Virus record (IMG/VR): IMGVR_UViG_3300002026_000101
Direction: 5' to 3' (one strand)
DNA from: an uncultured virus (IMG/VR IMGVR_UViG_3300002026_000101)
Taxonomy: Duplodnaviria; Heunggongvirae; Uroviricota; Caudoviricetes
Length of the DNA: 64,000 bases
In this document: one piece after another, positions 29,903 through 38,652 of the stretch
How positions within the stretch are numbered: position 1 is the stretch's first letter
Layout: every line of letters starts with the position of its first letter
The notes under the pieces: generated by a model
Seen by the model: the letters and a program-made list of their open reading frames with translations, nothing else
Told to the model about the DNA's origin: nothing
The model's database searches: none
Position numbers and translations under genes: made by a program

Positions 29903-31597
29903 ATGATGGATTTGTTTGGACGCGATTTGTTTGGTGATGAAATAAAACAAAAATCACGAGGCCCAGTTGCTGATCGTTTCCTATTCCCACCATTCAGTGT
30001 GATTGATGCAAAACAGGGTGATTGGCAGGAACGGAAGCGGGCATGGGCGGCGATGGGGATTAAGGGGGAATTAGGAAGGTCTGCCAAGTCTTACAACATC
30101 CATGAATGGATAGAGGACAATCGGGATGAAATGAACATTGCTGGTTCTGTTCATGGGGATGGAACGAGTATATTCGACCCCGTTCTATGTGAGCTTGCAT
30201 ATCGTTGGTTTTGCCCCAAAGGCGGTCAAGTTGTTGATCCGTTTGCTGGCGGTTCTGTTCGTGGCATCGTTGCTGCGGCAATGGGTAGGCGGTATTGGGG
30301 GTGTGACTTGCGGGTGGAACAGGTTGAGGCTAATCGGGCGCAAGCTGATGAAATCCTTGATGGAGCGGCTTTTTGTGCTGATTCAATTACCCCAGTAATG
30401 AGGGTTGGAGAGAACTGGATAAAGAGAGATGATCTTTGTGTTATTCATGGAGCAAGAGGGGGTAAAGCGAGGACGTGTTGGCATTTGGCAAAGGACGCAA
30501 CGGCAGGACTAACAACGGCAGGGAGCAGGGAGTCGCCTCAAGTGCTTCTTGTTGCTACGATGGCCAAAGCACTTGGCTTGCCGTGTGTCGCTCACGTTCC
30601 CGAGGGGGATATAACAACAGGGCCAGTTGCCGATGCTGTAAAACTTGGCGCAACTGTTATTCAACACGAAGCGGGATATAACACGGTAATAGCGGCGATG
30701 GCAAATACATACGGGATGGAACATGGATACACGGTTATTCCATTTGGAATGCAATGTGAGGGGGCCGTGGGGCAGACCCGAAAACAAGCCGTGAATATCC
30801 CTAATGATGTTTGTCGGGTAGTGATCCCAGTGGGAAGCGGGATGTCTTTGTCGGGGCTTTTGTGGGGAATGCTTGATGCTGGGAACGTCAAGCCTGTTAT
30901 TGGAGTGGTTGTTGGTGCCGACCCGTCAAAAAGGCTAGACACATACGCCCCTGCAAACTGGCGGGACATGGTGACTCTTGTCCCCTCGTGTGTTGACTAC
31001 AGCAAGCATGTTGATTTGACAATTGGTGGGGTGAAGCTTGATCCGGTATATGAGGCGAAATGCGGGACGGTTTTGACTGCTGGCGATTTACTTTGGATAG
31101 TAGGGCATCGCGACGCTTACTCCGGAGATCAATTTGCTCCGCAGTGGGTTTGCGGTGATAGCACCGAAATGCTAAGCCATGCCCCTGATGCTGACTTTGT
31201 GTTTTCCTGCCCGCCGTACGGTGATCTTGAAAAGTACAGCGACGATCCTAATGACCTAAGTTGTATGGAATACAACGCGTTCAAGGAGGCATACGGGAGG
31301 ATCATACTGCGGGCTGTTCAGAGATTAAAGCAGGATCGGTTTGCCTGTTTTGTCGTGGGTGACTTTAGGGATAAACGCGGGTTCTATCGCGACTTTGTAA
31401 GTGCAACAATTGAGGCGTTTCGCAATGCGGGGGCTGAACTTTACAATGAGGCAATTCTTTGTACGTCTGTTGGTTCGGCGTGCATGAGGGTTACGAAACA
31501 ATTTAATTCAGGTCGCAAGTTTGCAAAAACACACCAGAACGTACTTGTTTTTTGCAAAGGGGATTGGCGGAAAGCAGCGGGGGTCTGCAATGGGTGA
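29903..31597 (+). CDS. amino-methyltransferase-fold protein with inserted fold-type II PLP enzyme domain
   Basis: AAGGAGG RBS; DPFAGGS (SAM), then KRDDL..GGKAR..VIPVGSGMS..LDPVYEAK (PLP, ~30386-31105), then FSCPPY. Confidence 0.85.
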   Translation: MMDLFGRDLFGDEIKQKSRGPVADRFLFPPFSVIDAKQGDWQERKRAWAAMGIKGELGRSAKSYNIHEWIEDNRDEMNIAGSVHGDGTSIFDPVLCELAYRWFCPKGGQVVDPFAGGSVRGIVAAAMGRRYWGCDLRVEQVEANRAQADEILDGAAFCADSITPVMRVGENWIKRDDLCVIHGARGGKARTCWHLAKDATAGLTTAGSRESPQVLLVATMAKALGLPCVAHVPEGDITTGPVADAVKLGATVIQHEAGYNTVIAAMANTYGMEHGYTVIPFGMQCEGAVGQTRKQAVNIPNDVCRVVIPVGSGMSLSGLLWGMLDAGNVKPVIGVVVGADPSKRLDTYAPANWRDMVTLVPSCVDYSKHVDLTIGGVKLDPVYEAKCGTVLTAGDLLWIVGHRDAYSGDQFAPQWVCGDSTEMLSHAPDADFVFSCPPYGDLEKYSDDPNDLSCMEYNAFKEAYGRIILRAVQRLKQDRFACFVVGDFRDKRGFYRDFVSATIEAFRNAGAELYNEAILCTSVGSACMRVTKQFNSGRKFAKTHQNVLVFCKGDWRKAAGVCNG

Positions 31598-31995
31598 TGA
31601 TCAGCTTACAGCATTCGCGTCAACAGATAAATGGACTGTCTACAACGGTGACTGCTTAGACGTGATGCGTAAAATGCCAGACAACAGCGTGGACTCCATT
31701 GTCACAGACCCGCCGTATGGGCTGGGTACACCGCCCGACCCAGTGGAGGTGATGAAGGCGTGGTGTGAGACGGGATTCCACGAGGTTAAAAGTACCAAGG
31801 GCTTCATGGGGGTTCAGGTTTGTGGGGATAGAGCAGAGCGAGGAGTACTGCGAGATCGGTGTTTGCAGGATTGGTCATGCGGAATCGAAAACGGATGGCG
31901 TAGTGGTTGGCAAGCAGACAAAGGCTGCAAAGGTAAAAGATACAGTCGTACAGGATAAGAAGGCGATAGCCAAGGTGCAGTTAGAATTGTTTTGA
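31590..31995 (+). pseudogene. N4/N6 DNA methyltransferase with internal deletion and frameshift
   Basis: GDCLDVM...VTDPPYG joined out of frame near 31810 to GFRFVGIEQSEEYCEI; SAM-binding motif missing. Confidence 0.8.
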
Positions 31996-32007
31996 TTTGG
32001 CGTATAA

Positions 32008-34104
32008 TTGGGTTGGGTGGCTGGTTTTGGGTTGGTCAAGGTGTACACGGTTAGGACAATGGAGGTCGGCATGGGGGAGGAGAAGCAGAAACGGATTTCG
32101 ATCACAAAGAAAACGCTAAAACTGAATGGGGTGAATCGCATAGATGATGCTGTGGGGCTTCAGGCAAGAGTCATGCATCTACGCAAGCTGATGTACGAGC
32201 GGGTGGACTTCGGGCCTGTTGACTATGAGACGTTGGAAGGGTCTGGGGTCATTCCATTTTATGCGATAAACTGTCTGCTGTTCCATCTGGCTCGTAAAGC
32301 GGGTGTGACGACGTCCAAGTGTGAGCAGATACTTCACGGGAACGTAACCGATCCAGACTTGTTCAAGATCCACAAGGGTATTCTTGCCCTCCTCTGTGTT
32401 GACAACACGGTTCGGAATGAAGACAATTCCTCTGCCAACGGGATTATGCGAAGACTTGTTGCGTATCTTGAAGGTCTTCCCGATGGGGTCAAAATTGAGT
32501 GGCCTGCCTTTGCATACAAATATGCGATGCTCGCTGACCTTGGTCACGTCTATTCTCAAACCTTAAAAAAGGCATTCAGTGATGCTGATTACTTGATGTC
32601 AATGGGGTTCTTCAATGGGAAACACCCAGTGGCGGAATCATTCGAGTTCAATTCTGCCAATTCGGATTGGCGTCGGCGGGAGTCAACGCTGTTTGCGGCG
32701 GAGCTGCTGCGCTTTGCGGAGGCGAATGGCAAGGATATTGACTGGGCGCACGGGCAATTCGCTGTCAACAAGTATATGAGATCAAATGATGACCCGATTG
32801 ATACGTCGTATAATAAGGAGGGATTGAAGGCGGAAATCAAATGGGATGGTGAAAAAGTTCATTGGATTGGCGGGAATACGAAAGCAGTGGTAAAGGAAAC
32901 AAAGGGAGAAGGGAATACGAAAGGGATTGGTGGTAAAATGGTTCAGAGCAGTTTGTTTGAAGAAAATGAAGCAGAGCCGATTGTTCGGCGGAGCAAGGAA
33001 ACCCCTGTGCTGGATAAAATGAGGGCGGTGATTAAGGGTGCGTCGGCGGTGATCGTCGAGGAGGTCCCAGATGAGGTTCCAGTCATTGAGGAACCGCAAG
33101 AGGCGAATAACAAGGAGGAGGGGTCAGTGGAAGTTGCAGACGAGGCTATTGTTAGCACGATTGCAGGTTCTGGTGTTGCCGTTGATAATAACGGGAATAC
33201 TAAAAAACGTCGTCATGTTCTAACAAAAGATGTCGGCAAGTTTTTCAAGATCATGCTTCCCAAATACGGAACGATCAAAAAGTCGAATGGGCAGACGAAT
33301 ACGTGGTATGGAGTTGTTCTTTCGGCAGACGATATCGGGAAAGAGTTCTCCCGGCACGGGAAATCGTTCAGGGATGAGTTTGGCGGCGTAAAGGTAATGC
33401 CTGGTCAATTGTGGACTATTGTCGGTGGGGATAAAGACAATAGCGTCCAAGGTTGGAGGGGATTCGGTCTTATGGGCTCTTTTTCTTCTGTTGGGTGTTG
33501 TCTGACGCTTCCAGATAAATCAGTGTTTCATCCGCTCTTGCAACGAGAGAACAAGCCGAGGATGTCGAGTCAAGAACAAGCTATGTTTATAAACAACCTT
33601 GTTAGCAATGACCTGGTTCGGCTATCTCGGTGGTTTATCAACAAGGCAGATAAGTCGACTTTGATGCCACCTGTAAAAGGCGTATTTTTAAGCGGGAGTC
33701 ATATATCCGTCGAACCGTATGATAGACTTTTGTCTATGGCTGAAAATACAATATACTCTGACTCTTGTTTCAAACGTGAATGGGTCAATCGGTCAAATGT
33801 AAAAGCAAAAAAAATGTTTGAGAAAGCTGTTGATCCAGTTTCGATGGAGGAGGTCGAGCCAGTTGTGGAAAAAGTTGAACCAGTGGTGATCGTGAAGGAA
33901 ATAGAGGAGGTAAAGATGCCGACGGAGAAGTTGAAGGTGATTGAGACGGTCAAGGAGGATGCAACCCCGATGGGGCCAGATTCCGTTGTCCAGCAGATGA
34001 TGATTATCGGGTTTGAAGCTGTCTATGGGCAGTTCAAGGCGGGTCAGCGGCCTGCGGTGGACATCGCAAGGGCAGCACAGGCTATGGCGGATCTGCTGAA
34101 GTAG
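32008..34104 (+). CDS. large hypothetical protein (start probably ATG 32071)
   Basis: ~680-aa ORF after GGCGTATAAT. Confidence 0.75.
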   Translation: MGWVAGFGLVKVYTVRTMEVGMGEEKQKRISITKKTLKLNGVNRIDDAVGLQARVMHLRKLMYERVDFGPVDYETLEGSGVIPFYAINCLLFHLARKAGVTTSKCEQILHGNVTDPDLFKIHKGILALLCVDNTVRNEDNSSANGIMRRLVAYLEGLPDGVKIEWPAFAYKYAMLADLGHVYSQTLKKAFSDADYLMSMGFFNGKHPVAESFEFNSANSDWRRRESTLFAAELLRFAEANGKDIDWAHGQFAVNKYMRSNDDPIDTSYNKEGLKAEIKWDGEKVHWIGGNTKAVVKETKGEGNTKGIGGKMVQSSLFEENEAEPIVRRSKETPVLDKMRAVIKGASAVIVEEVPDEVPVIEEPQEANNKEEGSVEVADEAIVSTIAGSGVAVDNNGNTKKRRHVLTKDVGKFFKIMLPKYGTIKKSNGQTNTWYGVVLSADDIGKEFSRHGKSFRDEFGGVKVMPGQLWTIVGGDKDNSVQGWRGFGLMGSFSSVGCCLTLPDKSVFHPLLQRENKPRMSSQEQAMFINNLVSNDLVRLSRWFINKADKSTLMPPVKGVFLSGSHISVEPYDRLLSMAENTIYSDSCFKREWVNRSNVKAKKMFEKAVDPVSMEEVEPVVEKVEPVVIVKEIEEVKMPTEKLKVIETVKEDATPMGPDSVVQQMMIIGFEAVYGQFKAGQRPAVDIARAAQAMADLLK

Positions 34105-34137
34105 GGGGTGTCGGGGTGAAAAAAACAGGAAGGGGAG

Positions 34138-34674
34138 ATGATGCGAAGACTATGGCTGATTGATGGGGCGTATATGTTGAAGGCGCAGCAGACGCGTGGA
34201 AACTTCAAGCTGGATTATATCAAGTTGAGGAATCATCTTGAGCAGATGGGCGGGGAGTTCTTTCAGGTGTACTTTTTGACATCAGAGATCGGGGACGGAT
34301 CGGCTACGGAGTCGTTCTTCACGGTTCTGAAGGCGGCTCCCCCCAAGGGGCCTAAGTTTCAGGTCAAGCTGTATGGCACAAAGCCTTTCGTGGTGGAATG
34401 CCAGAATTGCAAGAACAAGGTTGAGCGGCAGGTGCAGAAGGGCGTTGACGTTGCGTTGGTCACGCTGTTGCTTTCCCTCGTTGACCGCTACGATTCCGTG
34501 ACCCTGTCTACGGGTGACGGGGACTTCATGGAGGCCGTGGAGTATGTTCGCAACATTCTGAACAAGCGGGTGGAGCTGGTAGGGTTCCACACGGGGATGT
34601 CTGCTGACCTGCAAAGCGTAAGCGACAGGGTTCACTGGATCGAGGACTTTTCTGATGTTGTAAGACTGTCTTAA
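34138..34674 (+). CDS. NYN-domain (PIN-like) nuclease
   Basis: LIDGAY, QKGVDVAL, LSTGDGDF. Confidence 0.88.
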   Translation: MMRRLWLIDGAYMLKAQQTRGNFKLDYIKLRNHLEQMGGEFFQVYFLTSEIGDGSATESFFTVLKAAPPKGPKFQVKLYGTKPFVVECQNCKNKVERQVQKGVDVALVTLLLSLVDRYDSVTLSTGDGDFMEAVEYVRNILNKRVELVGFHTGMSADLQSVSDRVHWIEDFSDVVRLS

Positions 34675-34700
34675 TTTGTTTATATTTTGACCAATTCTGT

Positions 34701-35108
34701 ATGGGCCGTAAGTTCGGGGGTGTCGTGGGTACTGGTGATTATGGATATGTCAATCCGTGGAAGCAGAAGCTGGCACGGAAGATGGCAAAGCACATGACAC
34801 GCCCCGAGGCGGCGATGTGGGAAGTGTTGAAGGACGGTATCGGCGGCGCGCACTTTGTTCGTCAAAAAGTTATATTCGGCTACATCGCGGACTATTTTTG
34901 CTCACGAAGCAAACTAGTCGTTGAGGTCGATGGCCCATTGCATTGCAAGCAGAAGGCTTATGATAACCAGCGGGACAAGGTGATGGAGGACGCGGGGCTT
35001 AAAGTCCTGCGGTTCTCCGATCACGCTGTGTACACCAGCATGAGTGCGGTAAAGGCGTGTATCGCCAAAGTGGTTAAGGAAAGGTTGGATATAAAGAATG
35101 AAGAATAA
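34701..35108 (+). CDS. DUF559/Vsr-like endonuclease
   Basis: MTRPEAAMW, FVRQ, YIADYFC, LVVEVDGPLH, DNQRD. Confidence 0.88.
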   Translation: MGRKFGGVVGTGDYGYVNPWKQKLARKMAKHMTRPEAAMWEVLKDGIGGAHFVRQKVIFGYIADYFCSRSKLVVEVDGPLHCKQKAYDNQRDKVMEDAGLKVLRFSDHAVYTSMSAVKACIAKVVKERLDIKNEE

Positions 35109-36129
35109 GATTGATCTGGATGAACCGATTCCGATGTTGCCCCCGTTCGAGGTCACGGCCTGCGTTAGCATACTGTCCGAGGTAAAGGACTATGCGCATG
35201 AGATGTGCAATATCCCAGAGATGTGGAAAAGCACAAAGGGTGCTGGGGTTAAGGTGGTTGTACTGGACACTGGGGTGGCTGAACATCCCGACCTGCAACT
35301 TGCTGGTACGGCTGATTTCACGCGGTCGGGGGCTACGGATCGCAACGGTCATGGCACTCATTGTGCGGGTATAATCGGGGCGATAGCTGACAATGGCATG
35401 GGTATCGCTGGGATTGCCCCCGAGTGCGAGATGTATGCTGGCAAGGTGCTAGGGGATAACGGTTCTGGAAGTTTCAGGGACGTTGCTGCTGGCATCAGGT
35501 GGGCTGTTGACACGGTCAAGGCGGACGTTATCAATTTAAGTCTGGGGGTGCCTGCGGGGTTCCCAGAGGTATCGGAGATGCGCAAGGCTTGTGACTATGC
35601 GCTGGAGCGTGGGGTGATGATTGTGGGGGCTGCTGGCAATGACGCTGGGCTTGTCGGTCAACCCGCCTGCTATGACAGCGTGATGGCGGTTGCGGCGGTG
35701 GATAACCAGAAGCAGCACGCACGGTTTTCCAACAAGGGCAAGCAGGTGGAGTTTGCGGCTGCTGGGGTTGACGTGTACTCGACCTACCTGCGGCGTAGCT
35801 ACGCAAAACTCTCCGGAACTTCCATGGCCTCCCCTGCCATCGCTGGGCTGGTTGCCTTGGTCATTGCGGATGCCAAGAAGGACGGGGAGGTAATCACGCC
35901 TTATGTGGTCAAGCAGAAGCTGCTGCGCATTGCCTTTGATGTCGGGCCGACTGGGTTTGACGAGATGTACGGTCACGGGATTCCCGTGTTCCGTCCGAAA
36001 GCGTTGGATCCGAATCGGGATAACCCCGAGAAGCCGATTGTGGAGGACAAGCAGAAGATTGAGGATATGCGGAGGTTCTGGGGTATTGTGTTTTCACGGA
36101 TACGTCATGTTTTTGCCCCGATCAAGTAG
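35098..36129 (+). CDS. subtilisin-like S8 peptidase
   Basis: VLDTG, HGTHCAG, AAGN, SGTSMASP. Confidence 0.93.
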   Translation: MKNKIDLDEPIPMLPPFEVTACVSILSEVKDYAHEMCNIPEMWKSTKGAGVKVVVLDTGVAEHPDLQLAGTADFTRSGATDRNGHGTHCAGIIGAIADNGMGIAGIAPECEMYAGKVLGDNGSGSFRDVAAGIRWAVDTVKADVINLSLGVPAGFPEVSEMRKACDYALERGVMIVGAAGNDAGLVGQPACYDSVMAVAAVDNQKQHARFSNKGKQVEFAAAGVDVYSTYLRRSYAKLSGTSMASPAIAGLVALVIADAKKDGEVITPYVVKQKLLRIAFDVGPTGFDEMYGHGIPVFRPKALDPNRDNPEKPIVEDKQKIEDMRRFWGIVFSRIRHVFAPIK

Positions 36130-36156
36130 AAGGCGGGGCAAGGCGGGTGATAGGGG
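36127..36156 (+). promoter_or_regulatory. motif A promoter
   Basis: TAGAAG-N13-GGTGATAGGG; TAG is the stop of the S8 gene. Confidence 0.65.
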
Positions 36157-36180
36157 ATCAGGGAATAAGGAGATAGGGAT

Positions 36181-36621
36181 ATGAGGTTTGGTCAGGCGTC
36201 GGTAGGGGATCGCATGGTTTTTGATAATCAGGGCGGCGTGTGGGAGAAGATAGACAACGGACGTGCGAAGCTGGTGTTCGGGAGGCGGGATCGCATGGGG
36301 GAGGTTGTGACTGCTGTGGGCAGTGACTTCGTCTACGTGATAGACGAAAAGCCTGTGGTTGCGGCAAACGGTCAGGAGCCAACGAGGGTACAACCAGCAC
36401 AGCAGCCGATGCGTGGGGGAGACGAGATCAAGGTGGTATTCCACCTTACTGATGATGAAAAGGTTCTGGCTGTTGTTCCGATGTCTCCCGTGAAGGCGTC
36501 TATTCTTGCGCGGTGTGAGAATGTGATGATCATTGTTGACGGGCGGGAGGCGGAGTACGAGGTTGATCAAGTTATGTTCAGGGTGGACAGCAATGAGATG
36601 GGGGTAGGGGTATCAAGGTAG
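36181..36621 (+). CDS. hypothetical protein
   Basis: 146-aa ORF with AAGGAG RBS. Confidence 0.65.
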   Translation: MRFGQASVGDRMVFDNQGGVWEKIDNGRAKLVFGRRDRMGEVVTAVGSDFVYVIDEKPVVAANGQEPTRVQPAQQPMRGGDEIKVVFHLTDDEKVLAVVPMSPVKASILARCENVMIIVDGREAEYEVDQVMFRVDSNEMGVGVSR

Positions 36622-36642
36622 TGGCAAAACTGGGGGTAGGTT

Positions 36643-37080
36643 ATGGGGCTGGAAGTGGAGGAGGCGGATGTTCTTGCGATGCAGGAACGGTTTGAGGGTA
36701 CAATGGATCTGACAAGTCTTGATGACTGTCACGCAATGATGGCAATCCTGCTGAAGAACGTGGATACGACGAGGGCGGAGTATCTGGTATTGCGGCATGG
36801 GGTAGAGGATGTATGCAGGGCGGTGCTTACCGATGATGAAAACGTCAGGGCATTGGCTAAGAAAATGCTCAACGGAGGGACTACCACATCGGTTTTCGCA
36901 ACGGCGTATGATATTGCTATGGCGACAAAGCGTATAATGGGGCTGACGGACGAGCAGGTGGCGGAGGAGGCATTGAAGTCCGTGGCTGATATAGCTGGGT
37001 TTGCTGACAAGGCGGTTGCTGTGGAGGAACTGGCAAGTCGGTTCATGTCGATGAAGGAGAAGGAAAGTGGGAAGGTCTAA
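36643..37080 (+). CDS. hypothetical protein
   Basis: 145-aa ORF. Confidence 0.65.
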   Translation: MGLEVEEADVLAMQERFEGTMDLTSLDDCHAMMAILLKNVDTTRAEYLVLRHGVEDVCRAVLTDDENVRALAKKMLNGGTTTSVFATAYDIAMATKRIMGLTDEQVAEEALKSVADIAGFADKAVAVEELASRFMSMKEKESGKV

Positions 37081-37460
37081 GAAGCTGGAAGGGTTGACGG
37101 GTGCGGCGTGGTTTGAGGCAAAGCATGGACGGGAGCCAAGGCGGGAGCCTGTGAAGTGCAAGTTGCCGAGCTGCGAGAACTGGACGGATCACAATGGCGG
37201 GTACTGTTGTCCCGAGCACTGTGTCGCTCACAAGGAACTGCGCAAGTCGGTTTGCTCTTTATGATATTTTATATTTCCGCGTGCGTGGTGCGGTCAACGG
37301 GTAGTTAGTGGTAGCATCGGTTCGGTTAAATAGGTTATGCCTTACTGATGTGGACTATTCGGGAGTGGTGGTGTGTTATACCTTTCTTCATCACCCCTCA
37401 TCTCCCCTAACACGTCTTTCGTTTAGACAGTGTTTGTAATAGCCTATGATAAGCGGACTG

Positions 37461-37510
37461 GGCGGGGTACATGCTTGATTGGCTGCTTGTAGTACCCCGT
37501 CTTTTTATTT
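37461..37510 (+). terminator. intrinsic terminator
   Basis: GGCGGGGTAC/GTACCCCGTC stem plus T-run. Confidence 0.65.
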
Positions 37511-38351
37511 TAACACAAAGGAAAGAGGTCGGTATGGAATGTAGTTTTGACATGGTGAGGGAAGAATCTGGTTGGCAGTTTCAATCGGCTGGCCAGGGAC
37601 GGGGAGTCGTTGACGGCACGGCAGCGTGGGGAGCTGGAGTATATGCGAAATCAGGTTGTGGCGTTGATCTGCATGTATGACCCGAAGAACCAGCCAGACG
37701 ACTGCAATGCCTTGTCTGATCTGGATGTGGTGGGGGTTGGGGGTCGTTCGCTTTAACAAGGTGCAATGTCTTGGTAGACAAGAGTGGCGTATAATGCTGG
37801 TGTCGGGTTTTGTGTGTGGTAGGGAGTTCGGAAGGAGGTTATGGGGATATGGCAAGGAACTGGTTTGACAAGGTAGTTGATGAAATGGATTCCGAGGAGT
37901 GCGACAGCTTCGTGAAAGCGATCCTGAAGGTTATGTACGAGGAGAACGGGGAGCTTAATCCAGAAAAGGATCATGGCGTTGATACGATTGACGAAATCTA
38001 CGCGGTCATCGAAACCCATAACGTCACCCCCGACAGCGATGACACTGAGGGGGATGACGACGAGGATGGTGAGTAGGATGCCAAGTCCGATGCGTTTTGT
38101 TTCCCGCTGGGCGTCGATTGCGCGTGGGTTTGTGTGGAGCCGCAAGCGGGGGCTTACCCTGCTGCTGGGGCGGTATTCTGATCGGGGGCCTGTTGCCTTT
38201 GTGGGGGCTGTGTCTAACCCGAAGGAAGGGGACGTGTCGCTGCATCAGGTGTTCTGGTTAGGGATGCCCGACGGGGAGTATGCCTCGTACAGCGGGGCGT
38301 CTGCTGCTGAGGCCGCTCGGGTACTTGGTTCTATTATTCCCCAGAACATAG

Positions 38352-38403
38352 TAGAAACTTTTAGCTAGTTGGTGATAGGGGGTTGTAGGCAATGGGGCTT
38401 ACG
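38352..38403 (+). promoter_or_regulatory. motif A promoter plus leader hairpin
   Basis: TAGAAA-N13-GGTGATAGGG; GTAGGC-AATGGG-GCTTAC. Confidence 0.75.
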
Positions 38404-38429
38404 TCAACCGACCAGCAAAGGAGATCATT

Positions 38430-38642
38430 ATGTCAGACTTCATCACCGATTCCGCCGCCAGTGGCAACAGCATTTCGATGGGTATCAGCGACATCCTTGA
38501 GGGGTATGCGGCAGAGCGGGCGAAAGGGAACTGCCCGTTCTGCAAGAAGCCCGTCAACAAGGACGGGTTTGACGATGAAGTTAGCCGTCGTGAGTATGAA
38601 ATCACGGGCCTGTGTCTGGCTTGCCAGAACGAGACGTTCTGA
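38430..38642 (+). CDS. small zinc-finger protein
   Basis: AAGGAG RBS; CPFC...CLACQ. Confidence 0.7.
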   Translation: MSDFITDSAASGNSISMGISDILEGYAAERAKGNCPFCKKPVNKDGFDDEVSRREYEITGLCLACQNETF

Positions 38643-38652
38643 ACGGGGGACG

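Noticed and set aside
38392..38652. N-terminal extension of RecQ in the ORF track
   Set aside because: It overlaps a better-supported small gene (38430-38642, with RBS); RecQ more plausibly starts at 38653.
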